Assembly (NCBI GenBank): GCA_003971905.1
Contig: RSEE01000001.1
Coordinates: 62,001 to 126,000, forward strand
DNA: 64,000 nt
Direction: 5' to 3'
Source of the DNA: Moniliella sp. 'wahieum'
Taxonomy: Eukaryota
Shown: positions 38,198 through 51,263 of the stretch, piece by piece
How the letters are laid out: each line of letters starts with the position of its first letter
Numbering within the stretch: the first letter of the stretch is position 1
Translations under genes and position numbers: made by a program
The notes under the pieces: generated by a model
The model's database searches: none
Seen by the model: the letters and a program-made list of their open reading frames with translations, nothing else
Told to the model about the DNA's origin: nothing

Positions 38198-40564
38198 ATG
38201 CCCACACCACCACCACACCATTACCACATCGCCAATGGAAGCGATGCCCCCCACACCCGTCAGCTTCTGCCGCCCGCCGTCCGACTCTGGCCCAATTCCT
38301 CCCCCGACGTTTCTTGCAGCCAACAGCTCCTAACCGAACAGCCCCCAACCCTGCCACTAGCCGCTTTACCGCCCTCGTCCTGCCCTGGGAATGGGCCTGT
38401 CTGCCGCATGAAGTTCTGCTGCAGATCATGGAAACGGCTGCCGCCATCAGCAGCGACCTGTTGCTTCCTTGCCTCCTCGTGTGCCGGACGTGGAGTGCGG
38501 CCGCAGTCGTCCCGTTCTGGCATTCTTCCTCGTTTCGCCATCCGGCTACCTTGGACCGCTTCACCTCCGTCTTGGTCCATACCCTGACCCATTCCACTTT
38601 TTACCCTTACCCCATCTTGGTTCGCAACCTCGACTTTCCGTCCTGCCCGATGACTGCCCACCGCTCCGAACCGTGCACATTGATAGCTTTAAATTGTGCA
38701 CGCGCATGCAAACGCTGGTACTCAGCGAGCGCGGGTGCGACTTGTTGACGGATGTCCAAGTCGCCGCTCTGATCCTAGCCTCCCCTCGTCTGCCCGTGGG
38801 TCTCTTATGCATGGACAGTGTCAGCTCTTCGACGATGAAGGCCTTGACGTTGGCCCGTGGCTTGCAACGTCTTGAGCTGAAGGACTGTACGTTCGTGACG
38901 GGCACATGGTGGCACAAGTGGTACTCAATGTCCCCTACTCAAGAGGTCCACCTGGGCGGCACCCACAACATAATAGGCGGCGGGGGATTGGTGCCCTGTG
39001 GCCCGTCTCTGTCTTCACCTCGAGCACGTCCAGCTAGACAGCCTTATCTACATACCGACCAGGCAGTGCGAGCCTGTGGACGCACCAGAATCCGTGCGCA
39101 CGCTGCGCATGTGGAATTGCCATACGTGACCTCATATGCATTCCCCAACCCCGGCGACGTCCGCTTTCCATCAACAGGCGCAGCATGGCTCCTGCCACCC
39201 ACCCGCGATCCACAGGGTTCGGGTCGGCCCTTTCTCGAAGACAGCAGCTTACCGCCTCCGCACGACCCATCCCGGTCGGACGACGACCGAGCTTCCCCCG
39301 AGACTGCCGACCTGCATCCTGCGTTAGCTCTGCGCCGCACCAAACTGTACCAACCGTTCCTGATGGGCAAGTGCTTGACCACGGTTCTTTGCTGGCCTGT
39401 AGCCAGCTCACCGATCCAGCGATTCAGGGTCTCGTTGCCGCAGCGCCCCCTTTGCAAAACGTAACGTTGGGCAGTTGTCCGCAGTTGGGCGATGGAGGGC
39501 TGGACGCGTTGGTCCAGTGGGCCCAGGCTTGCAGTTTGTCCTGTTGGTGTATTTGAGCCGCATTACGGATGCGGGGTGGCGCGGCTGGCACAGCAGTGCA
39601 CGGGGCTGAAGGCGGTTCATTTGACAGAGTGTCCGCGGTTGAGTGACCGGTCGGTGTTCAACCTGGTTCGGCTGCGCACACCTGCGCGAGATTGCGCTGT
39701 ACCGCATGCGGGGGTTGAGCAGGATGAGTGTGTATGCGTTGGCGCTTTGTAAGTTACTGCAAGCTGTGCTTCTAGGCGAGTGGCAGCCGGCGCTCACTCC
39801 GTCGCCCATCTTTCATCTCCTGATTACTCTCCCACTCTTTGCATAGCCTCAAGCTCAACGTTTATCCTGCGATTCGAACGCACGATTCACAGCAGTTTTT
39901 CCAGTGCAGAGCCCATCCGGCCAGTGGGCGTTGTGGGACCCAGCCATCTCGAGCTTCGTTCGCCGTCAGGGCGTAGCCGCGCTCATAGAGTACATGATCA
40001 ATTGTCTTTACCGCCCTGGCACTGCCGAAGATGTCCTGTCGCACCCGTTGTCGGACAGGGATAACTTTCTGGCCTAGCCCTGCTTCCCTCTCTGCCCCCT
40101 GTCATTACCAACATCGAAGCACGTTCACCCTTCCCAACCCTATAAACTTTTGGTGCCGCCAGCGGACTCGCGCCAATGGCGGCAACGATACCACAACCAC
40201 AACCACAACCACAACCACAACCACAACCACAACCACAACCACAACCCACCAACCACAACAACAACAAACAACCACAACCACAACCACAACAAACCACAAC
40301 CACAACCACAACCACACACCACAACCACAACCACAACACAACAACAAACAACAAACAACAAAACACAACAACACGAATCATCACCGCCCTTCTTCCTACC
40401 TTGCACCAACGGCTCAAGGCGCGACTGTCGCAACGGAACCGGTGCCGCCATCAATGACGCTGGACCGTGTTATGGGCGCTCCGGTCATCTCCGGAACCGA
40501 GCCCCGCATTTCGGAGACCTCTTCTCATCGAAGCACACGCCAGCCCCGCGACACTTGTGAATAA
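38198..40564 (+). CDS. F-box/leucine-rich repeat protein (Grr1-like)
   Basis: F-box LPHEVLLQI...CLLVCRTW; YPYPILVRNLDF; LRR units LQRLELKDCTFVT, LQNVTLGSCPQLGD, LKAVHLTECPRLSD; many frameshifts. Confidence 0.8.
40191..40372 (+). repeat. (CCACAA)n/(CAA)n microsatellite in the 3' part of the F-box gene
   Basis: Read directly; encodes poly-PQ, poly-HN or poly-T depending on frame. Confidence 0.95.
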
Positions 40565-41984
40565 GAGTCAGCACGGGCATCTTGCTGCGGAAGATACTTT
40601 CCGCGGACAGCCAGGAGAGGACCGGACTTGAACGGTACGAAGCTTCGTATCTGCGTCGCCCGGTCTTGGTAGAACCCACATCTACTGCGTCCAACAGATC
40701 GCAGTATGGGCAGAACAGGCCGCCCTTTACCTATGACTATTGTAGATTCCCTCCTTTCTGTTGATGCCTGTTCTGAGATCTGATGTTACGGGATATAAGC
40801 AGCCCTGTCTGAGGATTGCTGGCGGTAATCCTCACCGCCTAACCCACGTCTTCCCCCCGACTTCCCTCTTCACTCTTTACCTTAATACGCTTATGAATTT
40901 ACGACTTATGTCGACCACTCCACAAGCCGCGGTTACTATCAGTAGCGCTTGCTCTTCTTTAGGACTCTGCCTGTTCCCGCCTATACTACAGCGTACCGAG
41001 AGTGTGGTAACACTGCGAGGAACAGAGTAACTTCGGAGGTCCTGGACCCCTTCAATTTGTCTTACGACCTACGTAGCATTCGCCTGTGATACAGATAGAA
41101 AGTCATCTGTTGGGGAACCAGCAAGCAGTACAAGTCAAGGACGCATTCAGTTTTTGGACTGTAGAAGCTGTGGGAGTCGGACCCGCTTCATCCACAGCCT
41201 GTACCGCAAGCTTCCTGGACGCGCAGCCAACTCAACCACCCAGCCGCTGGCTCGAGGAAATGAAACCCTCGGGCGAGTGAACCATGCTGGGCGTCGCGCC
41301 GCTATCAACTACCAGCTTGTGGAGCGCAAACGCAGTTCTGGGTGGTGACGACTAAGGATACTCGTGCATGACGGCAGGGTCTTATAAAAGCGCTATTACT
41401 CAATGCTGGAACAATCAATGTGTCTAATGTCCAGGTCGTCGTCGAGGATGGGTCGGCGCGGGCAGCAGGCACATGCTGGCAGCGCAGTGCGGTCGATCGA
41501 TGACCGTACCGAGACGAGGCGAGGCGAGGCGAGGCGGTCTCTCGTCAGTACATCAGACGAGGCGAAAGAGATACCAGGGGCCACGGTGGAGCGGAGCAGG
41601 GTTCCAGCGAAGGCTGCTCTTGAAATGTTACAAAACGAGGTCTGCGGAGCTAATCGCCCCGGGGTTAGTTTTTAAGCGTCACTGGGAGCGGTTCATCGCG
41701 TTATCCGAACTACGCCAGAGCATAAGCCCCAGCACGGGTAGCTGCCTAATAACAAGGCCCAAATCGCAGCCTACAAGCGCGCGTGTATGGTGGAACACAT
41801 TCATATAGCGCATTGCAATCGACCATACAGACGAGGCACATGCAAGCAAGCGGGAGAGGGGGAGTGAGAACGGGAACCGTTGCACGGGGATCGATATCAA
41901 AGAACGAGGGCCAGGGTACTGCGGGGGGACGGCGCCTCGTCTCCAGCTCAGGCGCCAGCACATGCACGCGCCTTCCAAGCAAAG

Positions 41985-43113
41985 TCAACATGATAGGTGG
42001 ATACGAAAAATGAATGGGTGGGTCTCAAGCCAAGCCCCCAAAGCCAGCAGTGGCGGGGCACCAACGAACGACACGCTTCCGGCTTCCAACAAAGAGGCAA
42101 GCGCTACCCAGCCCAGCTTCAGCTTGGGCCGACGCCTTACGCCGTCGAGCCCTTCTTGAACGTTCCGACAATGTTGGCAAAGTAAGTCCCTGCTTCTTCG
42201 CCACCACCTTCTCGTCCGGTTGGACTGGCGCGATCCATCCGACTTGGACAGCGTCGAGGCGCCCCACGGAGAGCCACCAAGCACCACGTCCGTCTGAGAA
42301 ATCTCTTCAAACTGGTACCCAATCGGGACAAAGTTGATGCCGTGGTGCACGAGCCAGGGGATGGTAGTAACGATCGTCGTCTCCTGTCCGCCATGCTGGC
42401 CAGCAGTGGACGTAATTACGCCGGCAAACTTGCCCACCAACGCACCCGTCGCCCACAGTCCACCGGTCTGGTCAAAGAACGTGTCGACCTGAGTGGGAAA
42501 CGGCCAAAGCGCGTTCCAGCAGCCAAAAGATACCCGTCAAACTCTTTCAGCGCATCGGGCGTGATGGCGGGGGTAGGGCTGTGCTGATGCGCGTACATCT
42601 TGGCCAGCACCTCGGCAGGGAGGGTCTCGCCAAAGCTAAAGATTTCCACCGTCGCGCCCGTCGACTTGACTCCCTCGGCAGCAGCCTTGACAAGCTCGTC
42701 AATGTGGCCCACAGCTAGATAGCATGATTCAAATCCGGTTAGTACATCCAATATCGTATAACTATGGTCGTTGGGACAGTATGGGGGCACGTACCGAGTG
42801 GCCAATGATGGCAATCTTAGCAGGGTTCGTCCCGGTCTTGGTCGAAGCCGCCGACGGGTCAGCAGCCGTGCCGGTAGCACCAGCGCCAGTCGCCGCACCG
42901 GAAGTTGCAGCAGCCGGGGCAGCCGCAGGAGTCGCAGTAGCAGGAGCGGCGGCAGCAGGAGCGGCAGCAGCAGGAGCGGCAGCAGCAGGAGCGGCAGCGG
43001 GCAGCAGCAGCCTTGCTAGCAGGCGCCGAGGCGGAGGCCGACTTGGTGCCTGCCACGGAGCCAGAAGCGCTCTTGTCCTTTTTGCCGAACAGCTTCTTGA
43101 AGAACTTGGACAT
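41985..43113 (-). CDS. PST2: Flavodoxin-like NAD(P)H:quinone oxidoreductase (WrbA/Pst2/Ycp4 family)
   Basis: KIAIIGHS|GHI, ETLPAEVLAKM, GTRFG, GKFAGVITSTAGQHGGQETT, GGSPWGA; N-terminal extension; end approximate. Confidence 0.9.
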
Positions 43114-44740
43114 GGTGTGGGACCGGAACGAGGCGGGGGAGTAGGTGGTGGTGGGACGGTGGAAGGACGGAAGGGCTGGGGGATGTAAGTAGGGGGTTGG
43201 GGCGGGAAGGGTGGCGAAAGCAGCCTCTGCGACAAGCCGGGCCGGGAGAAAAGGCCCGTGTCCGCTTGGGGCGTTGGCGCTGGCATGGTGCATGGTCCGA
43301 GCACGGACAATCGTTAATCGATGAGCTAATGCGCTGGTTATACCCGGCGGGTCGGACCGTAGCTGCGTAGCGGCCGGCGCCGGGGGATGGCGGCAGGGGG
43401 GCAGTGTGACAGCCGTCGGCGTCTGCGCTGCCGCTGTGCCTCGCCTGTCGATCCCTGCTGCAAACACAGTTCGATGCGCCGCCACCGAGCAGCGCCCCCG
43501 CGCCCAGCAGCGGGCGCACACTGCCGCCGTCCGTCACGTGCGAGGGCCGCCCCGGCATGCAGGCGTGGCATGGCACGGGAAGGCGCAGGGCCGCCATGCC
43601 TCATGCATGCACGCAGCACGGGGGCAGTTGGGTGCCGGCCGCCCAGGATGTCGGCCAGCGCCAAGGCGGGCCAAAGTACCAACCAAGCCCGGAGCCCGGT
43701 GGGTATGCGCAGTATCCACCCGTGCTGCGTGGGTGCGCTTAACTCCGACCCGGTCCGGCCAGGCACATCTGGCGGTGGCGGTCGGAAGCGGAACGGAGGG
43801 AGATGGGGGTGCTGCACGAAACCCTAACGCCCATACGACCTAAGAAGAAGCGCACGCCCCTCCAATATCCACCCTCCATGCAGCAAGCAAAATTGCATCA
43901 TCGATCATCGATCATCCCAATAGCTGCGTCCCCCTGCCCAAAGCGGAAAGATTGCAACCCACATGGCTCTATCTCACATCTCACTAGCTACCCACTACAC
44001 CCTCGCACCCTGCGCCTGCTCGCCAACTCATTCGCACCCACTTTTCACCTCGTGATTCCGGCCGGCTGAAACAGCGTGTGAATAACCCACACCTCCAACC
44101 TTTCCACCGCAGCCCAGACCTCAGATGCGGCCTACCCCTCTGGTGACCGTGTTGGAGAGTTTGCGCTCAGCCTACGGCCCAGCGACCAGCACGGGGTGCG
44201 AATCAAGGCGAACGTTGAACGTACTGAACGTTGATGCATGGTGGACGAAGCGACAAGAGGGAGAAATCGACTGCCAACTTGTCCTGTCCGTTTCCCAAGC
44301 GCATACAGAACTAGTAACTCCCACACGCCTAGATCGTGGAGCGATGGATACCTCTTTTCCACTCTGTAGCCTTGCCTTGCCTTGCGTTGTACTAGGGACC
44401 CAGGCCGGCGGCCAGGGTACACTACGGGATGTCCAGGCCGGACGCACGAGATGCACAGCGCTGGCGACGCACTGGGCCCAAGATGAATGGAATGGTGCGC
44501 CCACGGCATGGGTCGCGTACAGGTTAGCGAGAACGCAAGGGAAAGTTCGAGGCGAGACAGTGGGGTGGGTAGGAAATAAGAAGCAAAGGGAGGGAGGGAG
44601 GGAGCAAGGGAGGGAGGGAAGGAAGGGTAGAAGGGAGAAGAAAAAAAGGGGAAGATGCCACAGGTCACCCTCGCCCCACCTCCCTCCTCTCCTCGCCCCT
44701 TCCCCTTTCTCTTTCCCCCTCCCTCCCTCCCAGCCCGACA

Positions 44741-46056
44741 TTACGAGTCGGAACCGATCGCATCGGCAATATCGTGTTCCGAGTAAGCTGGGGGCGGGCC
44801 CGAGGGAACGGGGTGGGAGCCGGCGCCGACCGGCACAGGCGATGGGTAAGGCCGCTTGCGCCAGCGGCGGTGCCCGATCCGGATCCGGATCCCACCGCGG
44901 TGGCCAGGCCAGCGGCGGCCTTTTCCGAGGAGAGCACCGCGCCGGGCATATCGAACCCTTCCTCGGCTTGCGGGGCAAAGCTGTCCTTTTCCGATGGCGA
45001 TCCGGGCCGGAGGAGGGAGGCGGTGATGGATTGGAGGGAGAAGGATTGCGAGTCGGATTTGGGCAGCGGGTGCAACTCGCCGGCGGCAAAGCGGTGTTGT
45101 CGTTTTTCCAAGTCGTGGGCCAGCATGGCTGCGCCGACGCGGTTGGAAATGCTAAAGACGATGCCGACGAGCGGGATGCGCTCGAGGAGCGCACAGGCAA
45201 ACCCGTACGACTTGAGCGACACCATGCGCTCCGTCAGGAACAGGTGGACTTGCTGCGGCGTCATGCGTTTTTGGGCAAAGAAGGGGGTCAAGAGTTGTTG
45301 TGCGTAGGAGGCAGCACGGAAGTACGCTGACACGGCAAGCGAGAGGAAAGGGATAAAGTCCAGGGGCAGGAGGACAACTACGGTGGGTCCAGGAAGCAAG
45401 AAGGATTCGCCAGTCAGGGGCTATTCTGGGGTAAAAAAAGGGGAGGGGAGGAAAGGAGCACAGCACAGCAGAGCAGGGCAGGGTGGGAGCGGGACGTACA
45501 GCGAATGACAACGCGTTGGATCAGCTTGTTCTGCAAGCGCTGGGACAAGCGTTTCGTCGCAAACAACGTCTCGGCCTGAGCGTAGGGCGGATCCTGCCAT
45601 TCCTCCACATAGGGCATCCACCACTGCGTTGCGTATCCACGGGAGGAGGAAACGGTGGCCGAGTAGGCCTGGGCGCGGAACTGGCGCAGCTTGCGACGCA
45701 GGACAAACTCGATGATCGTCTGGCACTGGCCCAGCACAAAGATAAACGCAGCAAACGTCGTCAGGGACGGAGGGGGAGAAGTTGTGGTGGTCCTCCGCGT
45801 CTTCCGCCGCGCTGATGAAGAGCGAGTAGAGTCCACGCATGCCAGTGACTCGGGCACTGCCCTTCATAAACACATCCACCAGCAGCCTCTGGATTGGCCA
45901 GGTGCACACTGCCCAGGCCATGGCGGCGATCGAGGCGCGGCGCAGCGACGGCTGCACCGACAGCCACATGGGCCGCCACAGGTTGGGGTCGTGCACCAGG
46001 CGGTAGGCGCCGACAACGGTGTAGACGGGCGGGAAGGAGAGGAACTCCTGGGGCAT
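44741..46056 (-). CDS. EI24/Lds-Rrt8-like multi-pass membrane protein
   Basis: YTVVGAYRL, LDFIPFL, YGFACALLERIPLVGIVFSISNRVGAAMLAHDLEKRQH; intron about 45417-45498; C-terminal PPAY. Confidence 0.7.
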
Positions 46057-47013
46057 GGCGGTGAGAGACGCGGGGCGCAAAGCAAAGGACGAGGGGAGAC
46101 GCCAACACCCAGCTGGCGGCGGAGAGGCAGGCGCCCTGGAAGCTGGCGCCTGGGGCGGGATGGATGATTGAGCCAAAATTGCCAGGCTGCGCCTCAGCGC
46201 AGCCTCGTCGCCGCCGCCCCTTCCACGTGTCCCATCACAGCCCCCTCACATGCCACACCCCGTGCACCCGCCATTCCGCCGCGCTCATCATTCCGCTGCA
46301 GCGCCCCACTCGGTTCTTAGAGCTAACTGGCAACATGCCGGTAACCTGCCCAGATCCAAAACAGCGCCCGATATACGCTCATCCAGAATACTACGCCCTC
46401 CGCACGCGGCGTGGGCATCGTATATCATAGGATGGAAAGAGAGGAACTAGCCACGCAGAACGCTCCCAGCTCGTCCCGTTTTTTTGGAGTGACATTTGTC
46501 CCAACACAACAAAACACGAAAGAAATCAACACAAAAAGCCCTGCAGTGAGTGGCCTTCTGTCATGCGTGTTTGCGGAGGAGAAAGTGGGTGCGTGAGGTA
46601 AAGAACACTACCACCACGCAGTCCACAGCTACCGACGTGGCGTCACATTTCGCTGTTCGCACTTTGCACTCCACATACGCAACGTATACTAGACAGCACC
46701 CGCACCCGCTCCACGCAGCCAAAGCAAAGCCCCAAGGAACAGGCCAAAACGAACGGAGGGTGTCATTGCGAAGCGAAGCGCGGGGAAGCGCGGGGGACTC
46801 AGAGAGGGGATTACAACTGATGGCGGGCACAGCTTGATGGGTATGCGGGTCCCAAGGGAGAGGGAGAGGAGAGAGGGAGAGGGAGAGGGGGGGGTAAACT
46901 CAGCGCGCACGGACCATCAGACCACCAGGGCGAGGACGAGGACGAGGGCGACGGGAGGGAGGGGAGGGAGGCATTATACTTCTGCGACAAAAGGGTACAG
47001 GGACGGACACTAG

Positions 47014-47118
47014 GCACCAAGCACCAAGCACCAAGCACCAAGCACCAAGCACCAAGCACCAAGCACCAAGCACCAAGCACCAAGCACCAAGCACCAAGCA
47101 CCAAGCACCAAGCACCAA
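47014..47118 (+). repeat. (GCACCAA)x15 heptamer tandem repeat
   Basis: Perfect repeat read directly. Confidence 0.97.
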
Positions 47119-47280
47119 GCACCCACCAGCCCACCCAAGTGGGGCTGGGAGCGCAACAGGAAGCACGGCGCCGCACGTGCCCGGTTGGCTGCCTAGAGGG
47201 GCAGAGGCGAACTAGGAGGAGCCAGCGACGCTTGGGGCGGGACAGACGCGGGTGCACCAGCAGCTGATGCGCCCGAAGGA

Positions 47281-50200
47281 CTAGTAAGGGGCGACGCTGA
47301 GCCAGCCCCTGCACCCCCACGGCCCGTGCGGGCCCAGAGGGCGCAGCCGCATACCCAACCAACGTTTCAGGGAACGGCCCGGGCGCCGCCCAGCGACGTT
47401 CGAGGTACTTGTCAATCCAGAAATGGTCGGCGTCTCGTTGCCCATCGCATTGGGCGTCTCGCGGTCCATCCCGCGGCCCGTCGGGCTGCGCGTCGGCATC
47501 GCGCGCGTCGGGCGCAAGGGGCGAAAAGGGCGATAAGGCTGGCCCAGGCGCAGGCGCGGAGGTCCTACCCCCACCGCGGTACTCGATTCGCTTTCCGTTT
47601 CGGCCCGTTTGCGCACCGGAGGTAACGACGCACCACTTACCTTGCCAGGCACGGCGGCCAACGTAGGCGGAGACGTCACCCTTCGTCCCGGCCCACTGCA
47701 GTCGACTCCATCGACGACGCACCTGACACGCCCAACGCACCCGATTCACCCGCCTGAGCCCCCGGTCCAGATCCAGATCCAGATCCAAGGGGCACCGTCA
47801 ACTCGTTCGAACCGGGGTCAGTAGGTGGGAGTGAACGTGCCTGAGGCTGGGCAAACCCACTGCCGTAGACCGAGAGCATATGGCCCGTCGAGGTTCCCGT
47901 TGAGGCAGGAAGCCCGTCGGGTGCGTCGCCCCGGGCCACGGAAGCCATGGATTCGAGGGAAGGCAAAGCGGGCGGCAAGGGCTCGTAAAAGGGATCATCG
48001 AGTGAAGTCCGATCCATCCGCTCGACACGGTCGGGCCCAGGAGGCGGCAGGTCTTTTTCTCGCTCGAGGTGGTGCGGGTAGAGATGGTGAAGGTGGTGGA
48101 CGACAGCGTGGTGCGCGCGTTGGGCGGGGTTGGAACGTGATGGTTTGGCGGGCACAGGTGCGTCGGTGGAAGTTCCGTTTAGGGTAGGCGCTGTGGGAGC
48201 GGTATGGGTGGATGACGCGACCCCCCCACTTGCGCCGCTTAATGGGGTCGTGAAGGTCGACGAAAAGGTTGCCATGGACGAGGTGGAGGCGCTCATAGCT
48301 TGTGCCACCACATGGGTCGCATTCGGCGACGGCGCGTGGCGGACAAACCCGCTGGGCAAGGAGAATTCCCAATACGCATTGGCACGCGCATTGCCCCAAG
48401 CACGAGCGGCAGCAGCTTGTTGTTCGTTCCACGTATCAAAGTCAATGCTCTTGACTTTGCTCACGTGCACGCCCAAGGCACGGTGGACAGAAGTACACTG
48501 GATACACAAAAAGATGCAACAGGGCTGCTCAAACAGCGACCAGGACGCCCAGCGTGGATCTGCCAATGGGGATCAGAACATGCAAGCAGAAGAAGAGGGG
48601 GGAGAAGGGCGTACTGGGTGCATGGCAGTCTGCACACAGGCGGTTCTCGGGCAACTGGGCCAAGGCCCGCACCTCGGCCACCAGATTGACAGGGGGTGGG
48701 GTCGGATTCGAAGCAGCTATGGTGGATGATAAAGGCGAGGCCGAGGGTACGGGATTGGGACTGGAGGCGATTGGTTTCTTGCTCTTGGATACTACACCCG
48801 CAGGCACGGCATCGCCAAAGGAGGTGGGGGAGTAGGCGGCAGCGTACGATCCCTGGCCATTCGAGTCATACATGGCTGAGGGGATGCTCACCGTCGATCC
48901 CGCCGTTGCGGTGGTAGGAGGGGGGAGGTCGGAGCTATGCATCATGTTACTGGCGGAACTGAGGGCGGTGGAGGAACGGTCGCTGGCCAAAGAGGAGTCA
49001 GGCTGAAGCGACTTACCCCCCGGCGTAACCGACCTGCCTACCTCGGCAGCGGAGGTGGATGCTTCCTGCAAGCTAGCATTTCCGGGGGCGAGGGCGCCAC
49101 CAGTTGCATCGACAAAAGCGGGTGTACTTCCCTGGTCGGGTACGACCGTCTGGTGCGAAGACATGTTGAGCAGCGCATCAGCAACGCCCTCTCGGATCGC
49201 TTGCACCCACTCTGCTAAGTCAGCTGGATCGCGGGCGGTGACAAACCGACGGTCATTGAGAGAGACTAGCTCAAACACATTGTCACGAACACGAGGACCG
49301 CTGCCACTGTTGCCCCCCCGCAAGAAGGGGAAGCGCTTGGATGATGCGCTCTTGTTCCCTCCTGAACTGGTCACACCGCCGGTAGGGGGGATGCTCATGC
49401 TCCGCCCTGAAAGGGGGGCGGTGCCGTTGACCGTGTCAGTTGTAGATGGATTGGATTGAATAGGATCCAAGGGGATTGGATTGAAGGCCAACTCGGAAGC
49501 AGATGATGGGGAGTGACGCGGGTCTCCGGGTGCACTCGAGCCCAGCCGCATCAAGGTCGAAGTTAAGCTGTGCTGGGACCCGGCAGCACCGGCTGGGATA
49601 CTTGGGATCCGAACTGTAGTCATGATGAGTGGCAATTCATGGACCGTGATTGTTGTTGCGGCATCCAAAGCGTGCTCTTTCCCACTCGACTTGGACCCTT
49701 GTGCATTGGGTTCGGGTACCGCGTTCTTCCGCTCCTCAGCCGATGGGGGGTAATCCAAGCCCGCATAGATAAACACCGATTCTGGACCCACCTCCATCCA
49801 GCAAGGCCGCCAGGCCGATGCCTTGGACAGCTCGCTGGGCCAGTCCTTGTTGCCACGAAGCGTCATCCTGCCATTTCCCACTGGCATATTCATCTTGCGG
49901 GAGACCTGCAGAACGCCATTCTTGGACACAGTTGGCAGGGACGAGCCTCGCCCAAACGCCCGAATTGTTCCGGCTCCGGAGGGGGGAGCTTCCGGCAAGA
50001 CATGTTGGGACGGTCGTGGGGTTATCGAGGAGGCTTGCGAAAGCTGGGTCATGACGGGTCTGCTTGAACCCGTTGCGGAGCGCAGGTGAGTAGGGCAAAC
50101 GGTGGATCCAGACGCTGAAGTCCCGACTCTGGTCGCGGTATCTGTTGACTCGGACATGCGGGGGGTACAATCGTCAGAGGTGGATGCCGGAGGCACCCTA

Positions 50201-51263
50201 GGACCGAGGGCGGAGCGAAATTTGGGGCCGGCGTGTGCGACACGACTCCATTGCCTGGCGTCGTTGAGGGGTGTTGGGAATAGCGGATGGGCGAAGAATT
50301 CTGAGTTGTCGGTAGAGGGGTATGTGACTCTCGGTCGCTGACAGCTAGGGTGTTGGTGCGATGCCGAGGCGAGTTGCCAAAGCCCAGCGGGTAACCCCAG
50401 CCGGAGGGCGCAACTCCAACGAAACCCGAGGGAAACGAGAAGTGGCAGAGCCTGCTGTGCCGTACTCGGAGTTAGAATGCGAAGAGTAAGAAGGCCTTCG
50501 GAACGAATGGGGCGCATTGGAATAAAGAGACACGGAGGGGCGCGCAACATCGGATGAGCGGCGCAGAGAAAAGTGTCTACCTGCCGCACCCAGTCCTAGC
50601 CCGAGGTGAACGGGGCGTGCTTGGTCGTTGGTATGGTGGGAGGGCTGGGCCACAGGGATGGTTACGGCTGTCCGTGGTGATTCGGGCACGTCCCGTGCAC
50701 TCAGGGCAGCAGAATCGTGAGCGTGAGATGCATCGGCCACGACTTGAGCGGCGGAGGCCTCGGGGGGCGGATGGGGTGGGGGGGCACTTGGCTGTGGCGG
50801 CGACGGCGAGGCGAGAAGAGGGAGGCGAAGCGGGAGGGACGGCGAGAGAGAGGGGACGGGGTCTGTGGTGAGGAGCCTGGCCCACGGGGGGCAATGCAGG
50901 GGGTGCGTCCTGGGTGGGCAGCGGTGGCTGGTTCTGCGGGGGAAGGGCCGCTGCGTGTTTGCTCTTTTGGCGGGTGAAGAGCTTGGGCAGGGACTTGGCG
51001 GGTTTGGTGCGCGGCCGCGCCTGGGCCGAAGCGGAGTCCGGGACGGCCGAGACGGGCGGGAGAGAGGGGGGAGAAGCGGGGGTGCTTGGTACGAGCCCTG
51101 GGGACGGTTCCGCCGCGGGATCGACGGGGGTGGGGGCCGCAGCGCTGGCGAGGGCAGGCGGGGGGGGGCGCACCAGGGCTGGGGTGAGGATGGGGAGGGG
51201 GAGGGGGGCCAGGGCCAGGGCCGGGCGGAATGCAGGTGGGGGCATGGGCATGGGCGTGGGCAT
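47281..51263 (-). CDS. ArfGAP protein with split PH domain
   Basis: PENRLCADCHA|DPRWASW...FLCIQCTSVHRALGVHVSKVKS...WGNARANAYWE; PH pieces WRPCWMEV...VFIY and FELVS...LAEWVQAIRE; ends approximate. Confidence 0.85.

Noticed and set aside
40191..40372. CA-rich tract as interstitial telomere
   Set aside because: The unit is CCACAA/CAA, and it lies within or next to a coding region.
29745..43113. Secondary-metabolite cluster around the acyltransferase, oxidoreductase and transporters
   Set aside because: No PKS, NRPS or terpene backbone gene; neighbours are unrelated housekeeping genes.
47014..47118. Repeat as CRISPR or telomere array
   Set aside because: It has no spacers, the context is eukaryotic, and the unit is not TTAGGG-like.
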